A stretch of DNA of 64,000 nucleotides, from positions 1,045,590 to 1,109,589 of the forward strand of contig OZ242353.1 of the NCBI GenBank assembly GCA_965208755.1, written 5' to 3'. Positions 28,737-39,141 of this stretch are shown piece after piece. The translations under genes and the position numbers were made by a program. Below the pieces are notes generated by a model. It did not search any database. It was given only the letters and a program-made list of their open reading frames with translations, and was not told where the DNA came from. How positions within the stretch are numbered: the first letter of the stretch is position 1; the number at the start of each line of letters is the position of its first letter. This DNA is from Candidatus Multivorans sp. GTDB lineage: Bacteria > Acidobacteriota > Thermoanaerobaculia > Multivoradales > Multivoraceae.

Positions 28737-29389
28737 CTGGTGGCGTGCTCTCTCCACCAGTTCGGGCTTGAAACCCTGACGCCGGCCCGGCCGGCGAGAC
28801 TCCTCGCAAGGTCCAGGGACGGGAAACCCGGTTCGGTTTCGATCACGAAGCCGTTGGGAATCTCCCCGAGCGGCGAGACCCGATCCATCGCAATGCCGTT
28901 CAAGGCGAAGAAGGTCCTGGTCCCGGATTCCGTCCACTGGGCGTCGAACACCAGCAGGACGCCGCCGGGGAGCGTCATCAGCGCGCCCGACTGAGAGCGG
29001 AAAACCGGCAGCCCCCGGGCGACCCGGCTCCCTTCGGCGACGCGGACGATCGACCCGGTGACCGTTTCCTTGACCGCAACGCCCGAGGAGACGACGGCGC
29101 CGTCCGTCGACACGACCAGATCCGCCTGGAGATAGGCCCGGCGGGTGCGACCGCCGTCGTCCCAGGTGTAGACCTCGCCTACCGGCGGACCCGGCGGAGC
29201 GGCGGTCGACACCTCTTGCGAGGGTCCGGCCTCGAGAGTCACGGGCGCTTGCTGTTCCACGACCTGAGCCCCGGCCTCGGAACCCGCCAGGAAAAGGACA
29301 CTCGAGACCGCCGCCATCCCGGCCAGGAACGCTCGCACGGACCGGCCGGAAGCGCCGCCCCGTTCCGCCAGACCGTCAACCGTTCTCAC
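28733..29389 (-). CDS. Small secreted protein resembling a free-standing subtilase propeptide / external chaperone
   Basis: Signal peptide (AGA-Q); LPVFRSQSGALMTLPGGVLLVF...SLDLARSLAGRAGVRVSSPNWW resembles S8 prodomains. Start inferred at GTG 29389. Confidence 0.7.
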   Translation of the reverse strand: MRTVDGLAERGGASGRSVRAFLAGMAAVSSVLFLAGSEAGAQVVEQQAPVTLEAGPSQEVSTAAPPGPPVGEVYTWDDGGRTRRAYLQADLVVSTDGAVVSSGVAVKETVTGSIVRVAEGSRVARGLPVFRSQSGALMTLPGGVLLVFDAQWTESGTRTFFALNGIAMDRVSPLGEIPNGFVIETEPGFPSLDLARSLAGRAGVRVSSPNWWREHATR

Positions 29390-29425
29390 CCACGGAACGC
29401 TAGCCCCTACACCGCGTCTTCCGCA

Positions 29426-29441
29426 CCTACACAATTGCGGG
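29426..29441 (-). promoter_or_regulatory. Operator candidate CCCGCAATTGTGTAGG, with -10-like TAGCGT at 29402-29397
   Basis: Same 24-bp spacing to the -10 and 37-bp spacing to an in-frame GTG as at 27118, in otherwise unrelated sequence. Confidence 0.7.
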
Positions 29442-29510
29442 GTAGTCCATCGCGCCGGGGCCGCCGGGCGCCGCCTCTATCCGCTGACGACTGAGGGAAC
29501 CGAAGCCGAG

Positions 29511-32500
29511 TCAGCGGACGCAGCTTGCCGGGAACGCGGTCGCGTCGGTGATCGCCGGCGCCCGCACCCCCGGCTCGTTGCGGTACTCCCGCACCGCGCC
29601 CGTCACCGTGTCCCTTACCCGGATCAGATAGCCCAGGTCCGTCGTCGACGCCCCGAAAACCCACGCGTGGCCGTTCCGGGCGCAGCCGTCCAGCACCTTG
29701 ATCAGCACCTCCCAGTTGGCCGCGTCGAAGAAGCGGAACAGACCCGAGTCGTTCGTGCCCGCGTGAACCACCACCCCATGATCGTGATCCGCGTAGCCGC
29801 CGCCTTCCCGCCACCAGTCCACCGTCACCGCGTAGCGGGAATCCCGGAGGCACAGCGTCTCCGCGTTCGCCACGCAACCGCCCGCGGGATCGGACGCCTC
29901 GACCAGGAACGTCAGCGACGCCGTCGACTCCACCGACCCGTCGCTCGTCCAGAGCGTGACCTCGTAGAAACCCGGCTCGGACCAGGAGTGGCTCACGCTC
30001 GCGCCGCGCGGCCGACCGCCGTCGCCGAAGTCCCAGCGCCGCGTACGAACCGTGCCGCCGCTCGCGTCCCGGAACGACACCCGCGCGCCCGTCCGGGCGC
30101 GGCAGAACGCGCCCGCGCAGTCGGCGTCCGTGCCGATCGAGGCCCGGGGCGGACCGCCGCCGCCACCGCCGTTGCCGCCGCCACCGTCGGAATCCCCTGG
30201 CGGCGGACCGCCGTCGCCGCCGCCGCCGCCGGAATCCCCTGGCGGCGGACCGCCGCCGCCGCCGCCGGGATCCCCTGGTGGCGGACCGCCGCCGCCGCCG
30301 GGGGCGGCGGGGCCGTCGTCGTCGATGATCGCGACGGTGGTCGAGGCGTCGCCGGTCACGCCGGACGGCAGACCGCCGAAACTCAGCACCACCGCCTCGC
30401 CGTCGTCGTCCTCGGCGTCGTCCTCCGCCGTGAACAGAAGCTCCCGCCTCGTCACGCCGGCGGCGAACGGCACGCTCGCCGGCACCAGCGAGTAGTCGGC
30501 CGGCGAAGCGCCGCCGTGGGGGGTCGCCAGCACGTCGAACGACAGGTCCCGCCCCGGGTCCCGGTCGAGCCGCACGACGATCCGGACGCTGGCCCCCTCG
30601 AAGACCTCGTAGCTGTCCGCACCGAACGTCGCGACGACCGAGTCGTCTTCCTCGTCGTCCTCGATCGTCACCCGAAGGGACGACGGATCGTAGTCGCCGC
30701 CGACGACCCGGTGGGTGATCGTCAGCGTCTCTCCCCGGTCGTCCGGGTCGTGCAGGGCCTCGACGAAGACCTCCCGCGGCACGTCCCAGTTCGCGAGCGT
30801 GAAGATCAGCGCCGCCGGACTCAGGGACACGGAGGGCGGCGCCGAGGGCGTCACCGTCACCGGCCCTCCGGCGGGCGCGGCCGACAGCGCCACCGTGTAG
30901 CTGGACGTCGTCCCCTCCTCCACGCTGAGCAGAGCCGGCGACAGGTCCAGACCTCGCGCCGGCCCCACCACGACGTCGAAACGCTGCACCTCCGGCGACT
31001 CGGCGCAGGCCGCGTTCGAAGCCGCCACGCTGATCGTGGCCCTCCCGGGCGACCGGGCCGAGATGAAGATGCCCTGAGGCGAACTTCCCGCCCACGCCGC
31101 CACGCCGTCGTTCGACGACGACGCGCTCCAGGTGAGCGGAGCGTCCTCGGGATCCAGGAAAGCCCCCACAAGATCGACGGCCCTGTCGGGCTCGCCGACC
31201 CGCATCCGCAGCGTCGGCAGCGCGCCGAGCGGCGCCGGACAGACCCCCAGCAACCTGTAGACGAAGCTCTGCCGCGCCTCCGCGTTCGAACCGCCGACGT
31301 CCCGCGCCGTCACCGAAATCGTCGTCACGCCGGCCGCCCCCGGCGCCAAGGTCAGAGTCGAGCCCGAAACCGCCGCCGTCGCGACCGCTTCGTCGGACGA
31401 CGCGGCCTCGTAGCCGAGAGCGTCTCCATCGGCGTCCGAGAACGCCCCCGCCAGACCGATCGCCCTGTCGCCGTCGCGCTGCCGGGCGAGCACGTCGGGC
31501 AACGTACCGACCGGCGCCGGAGGAGAGTTCCGAACCGTCACGCCGAGCACGCCGGTCGTCGCCGTGCCCGAACCGCCCCGGTCCGTCGCCCTCACCGTGA
31601 TCGCGGTCGAGCCGGCGGCTACCGGAGTCACCGTCAGCGTCGAGCCCGAAAGCGACATCCGCGCCACCGCCGGGTCCGGCGACGACGCTTCGTACGTGAC
31701 CCGGTCGCCGTCCGCGTCCACGAACCAGGCCGACAGGTTCCACGACCTGGCGCCGTCGACCTTACGCAGTTCCAGCACCGGCGCCGGGTCCGGAACGGAG
31801 GGAGGACTGTTGACGACCCTCGCGCGAAGATTCGGCCGAGACATCGTGTTGGAACCGCCCCGGTCCGTCGCCGTCAGCCTGATCACGGTCGAACCGACGG
31901 CCACCGGAGTCACCGTCAGCATCGAATCCGAAACCGACGCCCGCACCACGGCCGGATCGACCGGCGCGGCGCCCCACGTGATGACGTCTCCGTCCAGGTC
32001 GCGAATCCACTCCGACAGGTCCCAGGTCCCGGCGCCGTCGGCCTTCGACAACTCGAGTTGCGGAATCGTCCTCATGATCGACGGCGGGACGTTCCTGAAC
32101 GTCACCTCGAAGCTCTGCGACGCCGTCAGGCCGGCGCCGCCTTCGTCCCTCGCCGTCGCCGTGATCGTCGCCGTGCCGAAACCCGACGGCGTCGCGGTCA
32201 ACTCGGCGCCCGAGACCGAGGCGACCGCAACGGCCTCGTTCGACGACGACGCCCCGTACGAAAGTCCATCGCCGTCAGGGTCAGCGAACCACGGCGCCAG
32301 GTCCCACGACCTGGCGCCCGAATGGCGCCAGAACCAATTCGGCGAAGGATCGCCCACCGCCGACGGAGGACCGTTCGTCACCGTCACGTCGAAGGTCTGC
32401 GTCGCCGCCGTGTTCGAACCGTCGACGTCCGTCGCCGTCGCCGTGATCGTCGTCGTGCCGACCGAGACCGGACGCACCACCGCCTCGCTGCCCACCGGCC

Positions 32501-34580
32501 GCGCCGTCGCCACCCCTTCCTCGGAGGACGAAACCCCGTAGGTCAGAACGTCGCCGTCCGGATCCCGAAAGGCCCCCGACAGCTCGACCCCGGCGTCGCC
32601 CTCGCCGGCCACGCGGTTGGCGATCGACAGAGCCGGCAGCGCACCCTCCGCCGACGGAGGACGGCTCGCAACGACCGCGTCGAAACTCCGCCGCGCCGTC
32701 GTGCCCGAACCGTCCACGTCCGTGGCCGTCACCGTGATCTTCGCCGTGCCGCCCGACAACGGAGTCACCGTCACCGTCGAGCCCGAAAGCGACACGGTCG
32801 CCAGCGACGCGTGGGCCGACGACGCGCCGTAGGTCAGCGCGTCGCCGTCCGCGTCCGTGAACGCGGACGCGATGTCCACCGTGCCGGCGCCGTCGTCGAT
32901 ATCCAACGGCAGCGAGGCGAGGGCGCCCACAGGCTCCGGAGACCGGTTCGCGCCCACGGTCACCCCGAACGAATGGCTCGCCGGCGTACCCCAACCGGTG
33001 ACGGCGGTCGCCTTCACCGTCACCGTCGCCGCGCCAGCCGCCGCCGGCGCCAGCGTCACCGTCGAGCCCGAGACCGACGCCGACACGATCGCATCGTCCG
33101 ACGACGACACGCCGTAACTCAACTCGTCGCCCTCCGGATCCACGAAGCCGCGCGCTACGTCGACCGTCAGCGAAACCGGCGGCTCGCCCTCGACGAACCG
33201 CAGCGCCTTCGCGTCGAGCGCGCCCACCGCCCGGGGCGGAAGATTCGAACCCTCGAGACCATCGATGGCCGTTGCGCCCGTACCCAGCGGATCCAGCAAC
33301 TCCCTGAGCTTCGCGCCTCGCGTCCAGACCGTAGCCAACCGCGCCGAGTAGCTTCTGCGAGGGTGGACGCAAGGAAAATGAACCCCACCGAACAGAGTCC
33401 CGACGATTCGCTTGTCCGGGCCGAAGAGCGGCGCTCCGGAAGAGCCCCCCTCCACGCCTCCGCGGTCCCAGTCTACTCTCAGCGCCCCGTTGACGAGCGA
33501 TGGCGGTTCGTCGTCAGCGTTGAACGACTTCACGTGGCCGCCGGGGTGGTGGAACGTGAACGTTGAAGCGGGGAGCGCCGTATCGCGGTTCCAGCCCGCG
33601 AAGTAGGCGTCCATGCCGCGGTCCACCGGGTCGTCCAGTTCGAGCAGGCTGAAGTCGTAGCTGCTTCCCCGGTCGGTGTAGAGCAGCTTCGCCCCGCTCT
33701 GGCTCTGCTCCTCCGAACCGCCGCTCCGGTTCCCGCACACGGGACTCTGGTAGTTCCAGTAGACGACCACGCTCGCCGCCCGGGTGTTCGAGTACACGCA
33801 GTGGTGGGCGGTGACGAGGAGGGGCCTTCCGTCCCGGGCGGTGTTGTTGATCAGGGCGCCGCTGCAACTGTTGACGCCGCCGATCGTGTACCTGGCCACG
33901 CTTCGAACCTGGTCGCGGTAGGGGTCCGCGATCGAACAGGCGACGTCGATATGGCACGAAGCGTGGCCGGGCTGCGCGACGCGGGACGGGGCGAGGTCCC
34001 TGAACCCCCGGTTGACCGAGCCGAGCACGAGCGCCAGCTCGCCCGAACGCTCCGCCGGGACGGCCGCCTCGATCACGGCCTCGCCGCCGGAGAGCACCGG
34101 CGTCCAGAGCTCGCCGTGCGCCTCGTTGTCGGCCTCCGTGAACGGCCCGAGAACCTCGTCTCCCGCCGGAGCGTAGACCCGCAGACTGCCGCCCGCCGGC
34201 ATGCGGTAACGGCTGAACCCCAGGTTGAGCGAGACCGCGCCCTCCGAAACCACCCGCAGCCGCCACACAGCCGTCCGGCCGCCGTCCACGATCTCCCAGC
34301 GACCGCGGCTGCCCGGAGCGACGTCCACCGCGTAAGGCTCCGCGAACCGCAGCGGTTCGCCGGCGCCGATCCCGGCGCGGCTGGCCATGGTCAGCGCCGG
34401 AGCGTCGACCGGCGGCGTCTCGAGCAGATCGACTTCCTCCAGCGGCGCCAGACCGTCCGGATTCACGGCCGGCGCCGGGACGACGGGCTGGGCAAGCGAA
34501 GCCGGCGGCAGCAAGGCCAGCAGCGCCCCCGTCAGAAGCGCGGACGAGAACCGGCGTGCGAGGGCGGCAGGGGCAGCCAC
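29511..34580 (-). CDS. Lysyl-endopeptidase-like S1 protease, paralog of 21991-27081
   Basis: TAHHC, DFSLLEL, EGGSSGAPL; stalk and C-terminal module essentially identical to the paralog. Confidence 0.9.
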   Translation of the reverse strand: MAAPAALARRFSSALLTGALLALLPPASLAQPVVPAPAVNPDGLAPLEEVDLLETPPVDAPALTMASRAGIGAGEPLRFAEPYAVDVAPGSRGRWEIVDGGRTAVWRLRVVSEGAVSLNLGFSRYRMPAGGSLRVYAPAGDEVLGPFTEADNEAHGELWTPVLSGGEAVIEAAVPAERSGELALVLGSVNRGFRDLAPSRVAQPGHASCHIDVACSIADPYRDQVRSVARYTIGGVNSCSGALINNTARDGRPLLVTAHHCVYSNTRAASVVVYWNYQSPVCGNRSGGSEEQSQSGAKLLYTDRGSSYDFSLLELDDPVDRGMDAYFAGWNRDTALPASTFTFHHPGGHVKSFNADDEPPSLVNGALRVDWDRGGVEGGSSGAPLFGPDKRIVGTLFGGVHFPCVHPRRSYSARLATVWTRGAKLRELLDPLGTGATAIDGLEGSNLPPRAVGALDAKALRFVEGEPPVSLTVDVARGFVDPEGDELSYGVSSSDDAIVSASVSGSTVTLAPAAAGAATVTVKATAVTGWGTPASHSFGVTVGANRSPEPVGALASLPLDIDDGAGTVDIASAFTDADGDALTYGASSAHASLATVSLSGSTVTVTPLSGGTAKITVTATDVDGSGTTARRSFDAVVASRPPSAEGALPALSIANRVAGEGDAGVELSGAFRDPDGDVLTYGVSSSEEGVATARPVGSEAVVRPVSVGTTTITATATDVDGSNTAATQTFDVTVTNGPPSAVGDPSPNWFWRHSGARSWDLAPWFADPDGDGLSYGASSSNEAVAVASVSGAELTATPSGFGTATITATARDEGGAGLTASQSFEVTFRNVPPSIMRTIPQLELSKADGAGTWDLSEWIRDLDGDVITWGAAPVDPAVVRASVSDSMLTVTPVAVGSTVIRLTATDRGGSNTMSRPNLRARVVNSPPSVPDPAPVLELRKVDGARSWNLSAWFVDADGDRVTYEASSPDPAVARMSLSGSTLTVTPVAAGSTAITVRATDRGGSGTATTGVLGVTVRNSPPAPVGTLPDVLARQRDGDRAIGLAGAFSDADGDALGYEAASSDEAVATAAVSGSTLTLAPGAAGVTTISVTARDVGGSNAEARQSFVYRLLGVCPAPLGALPTLRMRVGEPDRAVDLVGAFLDPEDAPLTWSASSSNDGVAAWAGSSPQGIFISARSPGRATISVAASNAACAESPEVQRFDVVVGPARGLDLSPALLSVEEGTTSSYTVALSAAPAGGPVTVTPSAPPSVSLSPAALIFTLANWDVPREVFVEALHDPDDRGETLTITHRVVGGDYDPSSLRVTIEDDEEDDSVVATFGADSYEVFEGASVRIVVRLDRDPGRDLSFDVLATPHGGASPADYSLVPASVPFAAGVTRRELLFTAEDDAEDDDGEAVVLSFGGLPSGVTGDASTTVAIIDDDGPAAPGGGGGPPPGDPGGGGGGPPPGDSGGGGGDGGPPPGDSDGGGGNGGGGGGPPRASIGTDADCAGAFCRARTGARVSFRDASGGTVRTRRWDFGDGGRPRGASVSHSWSEPGFYEVTLWTSDGSVESTASLTFLVEASDPAGGCVANAETLCLRDSRYAVTVDWWREGGGYADHDHGVVVHAGTNDSGLFRFFDAANWEVLIKVLDGCARNGHAWVFGASTTDLGYLIRVRDTVTGAVREYRNEPGVRAPAITDATAFPASCVR

Positions 34581-34616
34581 ATCGTTCACGCTAGCCGAGC
34601 AACCGGGGCCGACGCC

Positions 34617-34632
34617 CCTGCAAACTTGAGGG
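34617..34632 (-). promoter_or_regulatory. Operator candidate CCCTCAAGTTTGCAGG
   Basis: Copy of the 27118 site. Confidence 0.7.
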
Positions 34633-34642
34633 GCCGGGCGGC

Positions 34643-37600
34643 TCAGCGGGCGCAGCTTGCCGGGAACGCGGTCGCGTCGGTGATCGCCGGCGCCCGCACC
34701 CCCGGCTCGTTGCGGTACTCCCGCACCGCGCCCGTCACCGTGTCCCTTACCCGGATCAGATAGCCCAGGTCCGTCGTCGACGCCCCGAAAACCCACGCGT
34801 GGCCGTTCCGGGCGCAGCCGTCCAGCACCTTGATCAGCACCTCCCAGTTGGCCGCGTCGAAGAAACGGAACAGACCCGAGTCGTTCGTGCCCGCGTGAAC
34901 CACCACCCCATGATCGTGATCCGCGTAGCCGCCGCCTTCCCGCCACCAGTCCACCGTCACCGCGTAGCGGGAATCCTGGAGGCACAGCGTCTCCGCGTTC
35001 GCCACGCAACCGCCCGCGGGATCGGACGCCTCGACCAGGAACGTCAACGACGCCGTCGACTCCACCGACCCGTCGCTCGTCCAGAGCGTGACCTCGTAGA
35101 AACCCGGCTCGGACCAGGAGTGGCTCACGCTCGCGCCGCGCGGCCGACCGCCGTCGCCGAAGTCCCAGCGCCGCGTACGAACCGTGCCGACGCTCGCGTC
35201 CCGGAACGACACCCGCGCGCCGGTGCGGGCGCGGCAGAACGCGCCCGCGCAGTCGGCGTCCGTGCCGATCGAGGCCCGGGGCGGACCGCCGCCGCCACCG
35301 CCGCCGCCGCCGTTGCCGCCGCCGTTGCCGCCGCCGGGATCCCCTGGCGGCGGACCGCCACTGCCGCCGCCGCCGTCTCCGCCGCCGGGATCCCCTGGCG
35401 GCGGACCGCCACTGCCGCCGCCGCCGTCTCCGCCGCCGGGATCCCCTGGCGGCGGACCGCCACTGCCGCCGCCGCCGTCTCCACCGCCGGAATCCCCTGG
35501 GGGCGGACCGCCACCGCCACCGCCGTCACCGCCGCCGTCACCGCCACCGTCGTCGCCGCCGTCGCCGCCGCCGGCCTTCCCGCCGGCCGCGTCGAGCATC
35601 GTGATGGTCGTCGATCCGCCGCCACGAACCCACGACGCCAAAGGTTTCAGGGACAGCACGGCGACCTCGTCGCCCTCCCGGTAGTGATCGTTCCGCACGG
35701 CGAGCGGGAACTCCACGCTGGTCACGCCCCTCGCGAACGACAGGCGCGAAGGCGCGCCCGAGTAGTCGTACTTCGATGCGCCCTCCCCGAAGCCGTGCAG
35801 AAGCTCGACCTGGAACCCCTCCTCCGGCGCCGGCTCGGCGCGCACGACGACGGTCGCGGCCTCGCCCTCGGCCAGCACGAAGCCGGACGACTCGAACGAC
35901 ACCCGCACCGCCGCGGGGTCGTCGTCCTCGATCGCGCCTTCCGCCTCCAGGAACGAACCGCCGCCCTGGAGCGCCGCGTTCACGGCATTGAGCAGGATCA
36001 GGCCGAACCTCTCCTCCTCCTCCTCGTCGCCGCCGTCGTCGATGACGGGAACCAGGATCTCCCGGGTCGAGGCCGCACCCGCCGCGAAGGTCAGCCTGCC
36101 GCTCGTCTCCGCGTAGTCCGAACCGGCCCGCGCGCCCGCGGAACCCGAACCGTCGATCGTCGCGTAGTCGACCGAAACCTCCGACGGACTCGACGCGCTC
36201 AGAGTCACCTGGAAACGGAGCGAACCCGTTCCTTCGACGGCCCGAGCCGGCGCGACGAAGAGCGTCGGAGCGTCGTCATCCACCACCGTCACCGTCACCG
36301 ACGGCGCCGCGACCGAAGCCTGGCCCGGACCGCTCACGTCGTGCCGAATCTCGATCGGAGCGTTCGCCTCGGCGTCCCCGTCCTGGGCGGCCCGAACCGT
36401 GACCGCGACGCCCGACGCCCAGTTCGTGTTGTCCAACGTCAGGGAGGAGGGACTGACCGAGATCCCGCCGCTCCCCACCACCGACGGCGTCACCACGACC
36501 CGGCCGCGCGGAATCGCGTTCAGGGACACCCGGTAGCCGCCGCTCGCGCCCTCCACGATCCAAAGAGCCTCGGGCGCCGCCGCCGCCCGCGGGGCCGGGT
36601 GAACCAGCAGGGTCTCGCTAGTAGTCACGACTGAGTTCGAGCCGCCGGGATCTCGAGCGGACACGAGGACCTGCCTTCGCCCCGGCGCGAGCGGCATCGC
36701 CGTCAGCCTCGATCCCGAGAAGGAAAGGGACGCGTACGGCTCTCCAGGCTCCACCGTATAGGTCAGACGGTCATCGTCAAAATCCCAGAACAAGCGACTC
36801 GCATTCATGGCTTCGACGCCTTCCCCCATCGTCAGGGAGAACAGATGCGAATGCCCCAAACCGGTACGTTCCGGCGGCGAGTTGCTCCTCGTCACGGTGA
36901 AGACCTGCCATGCAGGCGCGGAACGGCCGTCGTCCGCCGCCACGATCACTCTGTAGGGCTTGCGCGGACTCGTGCCGACCCTGACGATGGAACCGGAGAC
37001 GCTGACGCCGCGATACCCGTTCGAGGCCGAAGCCGAGTAGTCGAGGGCGTCGCCGTCCGGATCGCGGAAGGCGTCCGTCACGTCCACCGCGTGCCAGTCC
37101 GCCTCCGGAAGCACCGTCAGCGGCGGCAAGCTGCCGACCGCCACGGGGGAACGGTTCTCCACGGCAACGCGGAAGCTCTGACGGGCCGTCGTGTCCGACC
37201 CGGACTCGTCCGTCGCGGTCACGGTCACCGTCGCCGACCGGCCGACAAGCGGCGTCACCGTCAGGATCGGCCCCGAAACCGCTACCGCCACCACCTCCTC
37301 GTCCGATGACGAGGCGCCGTACGTCAGCGCGTCCAGGTCGGCGTCCTCGAACGCCGGCGCCAGGTCCACCGTCACGCCGCCGTCGCTCACCCTGGGCGAC
37401 AGCGCGGGCAGCGCGACCGCGGCCCGCGGCGAACGGTTGTCGGCCACCAGCACGTCGAAGGTCGCCTCGGTAGAGATTGGGGCGAGGCCGTCCGTCGCCG
37501 TGACCGTGATCGTCGCCGTTCCCGCCGCCGCCGGCGAGATCGTGACCGTGGAACCCGAGACCGCCGCCGCCACCCGCGAGGGGTCGGACGACGACGCGCC

Positions 37601-39079
37601 GAACGTCAGGCCGTCGCCATCGGGATCGCGGAACGCGTGGCCGACGTCGATGTCCAGCGAACCGGCGGCCGCGTCGTCCGACGCCCTCAGAGCCTTGTCG
37701 TGGAGGAGGTCCACCACCTCGGGCGGGCTGTTCAGGGGGCGGCCGTCGATGAAGAAGTCCCCCGTCTCCTCCGGGTCGAGCCAACGGTCCAGAGCGCCCT
37801 CGGCCCAGGCTGTCGAAAGCCGCGCGTACTGGCTGGCGGCGCCCTCGTCGCAGGTGCCGGTTCCACCCTTGAGATGACCGACGACGCGCGCGTTCTGATC
37901 GAACAACGGCGAACCGGAAGACCCTTCCTGCGTTATCCCGACGTCCCAGACCACCGAGAGAGCTTCGACCCCGCCGAACCTGCCGATGTCGGCCGGATCG
38001 CCGTCGAGGGCGATCGATTTGACGTGGCCCCGCGGATGGTGGACGCCGGCGGACGAGGTCGGGACAACCGCGCGCCTGTCCCAACCCGCCAGGTACAGGT
38101 CGTGCGACGTGTCCAGCGGATCGTCCAGCTCCAGGAGGTCGATATCGGCCTCCTCGCTCGACGCCCTGAGGTAGGCCCCCGTCTGGAAGCGATCTTGAGA
38201 ACCGTCACGTCCGCCGCACGTGGGGCTCTCGTAGCGCCAGTAGAAAACGGCCGAAGCGGGATCGCCATCCTCGCGAACGATCCCAAGATAGTTGGGCGGG
38301 GGGACACGGCAGTGCCGGGCGGTCAGGAAGTAGGGCTTGCGCCCCGCGCCGGTGTTGTTCAGCAGGACGCCGCTGCAACTCCCGCCTTCGTAGGTAATCA
38401 GGCCGACGCTCGCCACCTGGTCCCGGTACGGGTCCGCCTGGGAACAGACCGTGTCGATGTGGCAGGACGCGTGGTTGGGCGACCTCACCCGCGCGAGATC
38501 CCGGAAACCGCGGTTGACCGCGCCGAGCTCGAGCTCCAGCTCCCCCTTCCGCGCCGCCGGCACCACCACCTCGATCACCGCCTCCCCGCCCTCGATCACC
38601 GGCGTCCACAACTGACCGTGGTCCTCGTTGTCCGCCGACGTGAACGGCCGGATCGAGTCCGTCTCCCCGGGCGCGTGAATCCGCAGCCAACCGCCCCGAG
38701 GCATGACGTAGCGGGTAAAACCGAAATCGAGACTCACCGCGCCGGCGGAAGCCACCCGAAGACGCCATACCGCCGTCCGCCCGTCGTTCACGGTCTCCCA
38801 GCGACCGAGCGAATAGGGATCCCCGTTCTCCACCGCGAACGGCTCCGCGTACCGCCAGGGCCCACCGACGTCGAGCTCGGCGATCGACCGGCTCAGGACG
38901 ACGCTGATCGCCGGCAACTCGAGCAACTCGACTTCCTCCAGCGGCGCCAGACCGTCCGGATTCAAGGCCGGCGCCGGGAGGACGGGCTGGGCAAGCGAAG
39001 CCGGCGGCAGCAAGGCAAGCAGCGCCCCCGTCAGAAGCGCGGACGAGAACCGGCGTGCGAGGGCGGCGGGGGCAGCCAC
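34643..39079 (-). CDS. Lysyl-endopeptidase-like S1 protease with Ig-like and Calx-beta domains and the shared C-terminal module
   Basis: CSGVLLNNT, LTARHC, DIDLLEL, QEGSSGSPL; Calx-beta ARAGSDY...DEEEEERF. Confidence 0.9.
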   Translation of the reverse strand: MAAPAALARRFSSALLTGALLALLPPASLAQPVLPAPALNPDGLAPLEEVELLELPAISVVLSRSIAELDVGGPWRYAEPFAVENGDPYSLGRWETVNDGRTAVWRLRVASAGAVSLDFGFTRYVMPRGGWLRIHAPGETDSIRPFTSADNEDHGQLWTPVIEGGEAVIEVVVPAARKGELELELGAVNRGFRDLARVRSPNHASCHIDTVCSQADPYRDQVASVGLITYEGGSCSGVLLNNTGAGRKPYFLTARHCRVPPPNYLGIVREDGDPASAVFYWRYESPTCGGRDGSQDRFQTGAYLRASSEEADIDLLELDDPLDTSHDLYLAGWDRRAVVPTSSAGVHHPRGHVKSIALDGDPADIGRFGGVEALSVVWDVGITQEGSSGSPLFDQNARVVGHLKGGTGTCDEGAASQYARLSTAWAEGALDRWLDPEETGDFFIDGRPLNSPPEVVDLLHDKALRASDDAAAGSLDIDVGHAFRDPDGDGLTFGASSSDPSRVAAAVSGSTVTISPAAAGTATITVTATDGLAPISTEATFDVLVADNRSPRAAVALPALSPRVSDGGVTVDLAPAFEDADLDALTYGASSSDEEVVAVAVSGPILTVTPLVGRSATVTVTATDESGSDTTARQSFRVAVENRSPVAVGSLPPLTVLPEADWHAVDVTDAFRDPDGDALDYSASASNGYRGVSVSGSIVRVGTSPRKPYRVIVAADDGRSAPAWQVFTVTRSNSPPERTGLGHSHLFSLTMGEGVEAMNASRLFWDFDDDRLTYTVEPGEPYASLSFSGSRLTAMPLAPGRRQVLVSARDPGGSNSVVTTSETLLVHPAPRAAAAPEALWIVEGASGGYRVSLNAIPRGRVVVTPSVVGSGGISVSPSSLTLDNTNWASGVAVTVRAAQDGDAEANAPIEIRHDVSGPGQASVAAPSVTVTVVDDDAPTLFVAPARAVEGTGSLRFQVTLSASSPSEVSVDYATIDGSGSAGARAGSDYAETSGRLTFAAGAASTREILVPVIDDGGDEEEEERFGLILLNAVNAALQGGGSFLEAEGAIEDDDPAAVRVSFESSGFVLAEGEAATVVVRAEPAPEEGFQVELLHGFGEGASKYDYSGAPSRLSFARGVTSVEFPLAVRNDHYREGDEVAVLSLKPLASWVRGGGSTTITMLDAAGGKAGGGDGGDDGGGDGGGDGGGGGGPPPGDSGGGDGGGGSGGPPPGDPGGGDGGGGSGGPPPGDPGGGDGGGGSGGPPPGDPGGGNGGGNGGGGGGGGGPPRASIGTDADCAGAFCRARTGARVSFRDASVGTVRTRRWDFGDGGRPRGASVSHSWSEPGFYEVTLWTSDGSVESTASLTFLVEASDPAGGCVANAETLCLQDSRYAVTVDWWREGGGYADHDHGVVVHAGTNDSGLFRFFDAANWEVLIKVLDGCARNGHAWVFGASTTDLGYLIRVRDTVTGAVREYRNEPGVRAPAITDATAFPASCAR
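35285..35575 (-). repeat. Gly/Pro/Asp linker with ~51-bp tandem units (SGGPPPGDPGGGDGGGG); variant copies at ~22635-22790, 30150-30310 and 39785-40010
   Basis: Tandem units are directly visible and differ in number among paralogs. Confidence 0.85.
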
Positions 39080-39115
39080 ATCGTTCAGGCTAGCCGAGCA
39101 ACCGGGGCCGACGCC

Positions 39116-39131
39116 CCTGCAAACTTGAGGG
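39116..39131 (-). promoter_or_regulatory. Operator candidate CCCTCAAGTTTGCAGG, with -10-like TAGCCT
   Basis: Consensus match; GTG at 39079 lies 37 bp downstream. Confidence 0.7.
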
Positions 39132-39141
39132 CCGGGGCGGC

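Noticed and set aside
25780..33900. Diversity-generating retroelement as the cause of protease variation
   Set aside because: Substitutions are not adenine-specific, AAC codons are conserved, indels are present, and no reverse transcriptase lies in the window.
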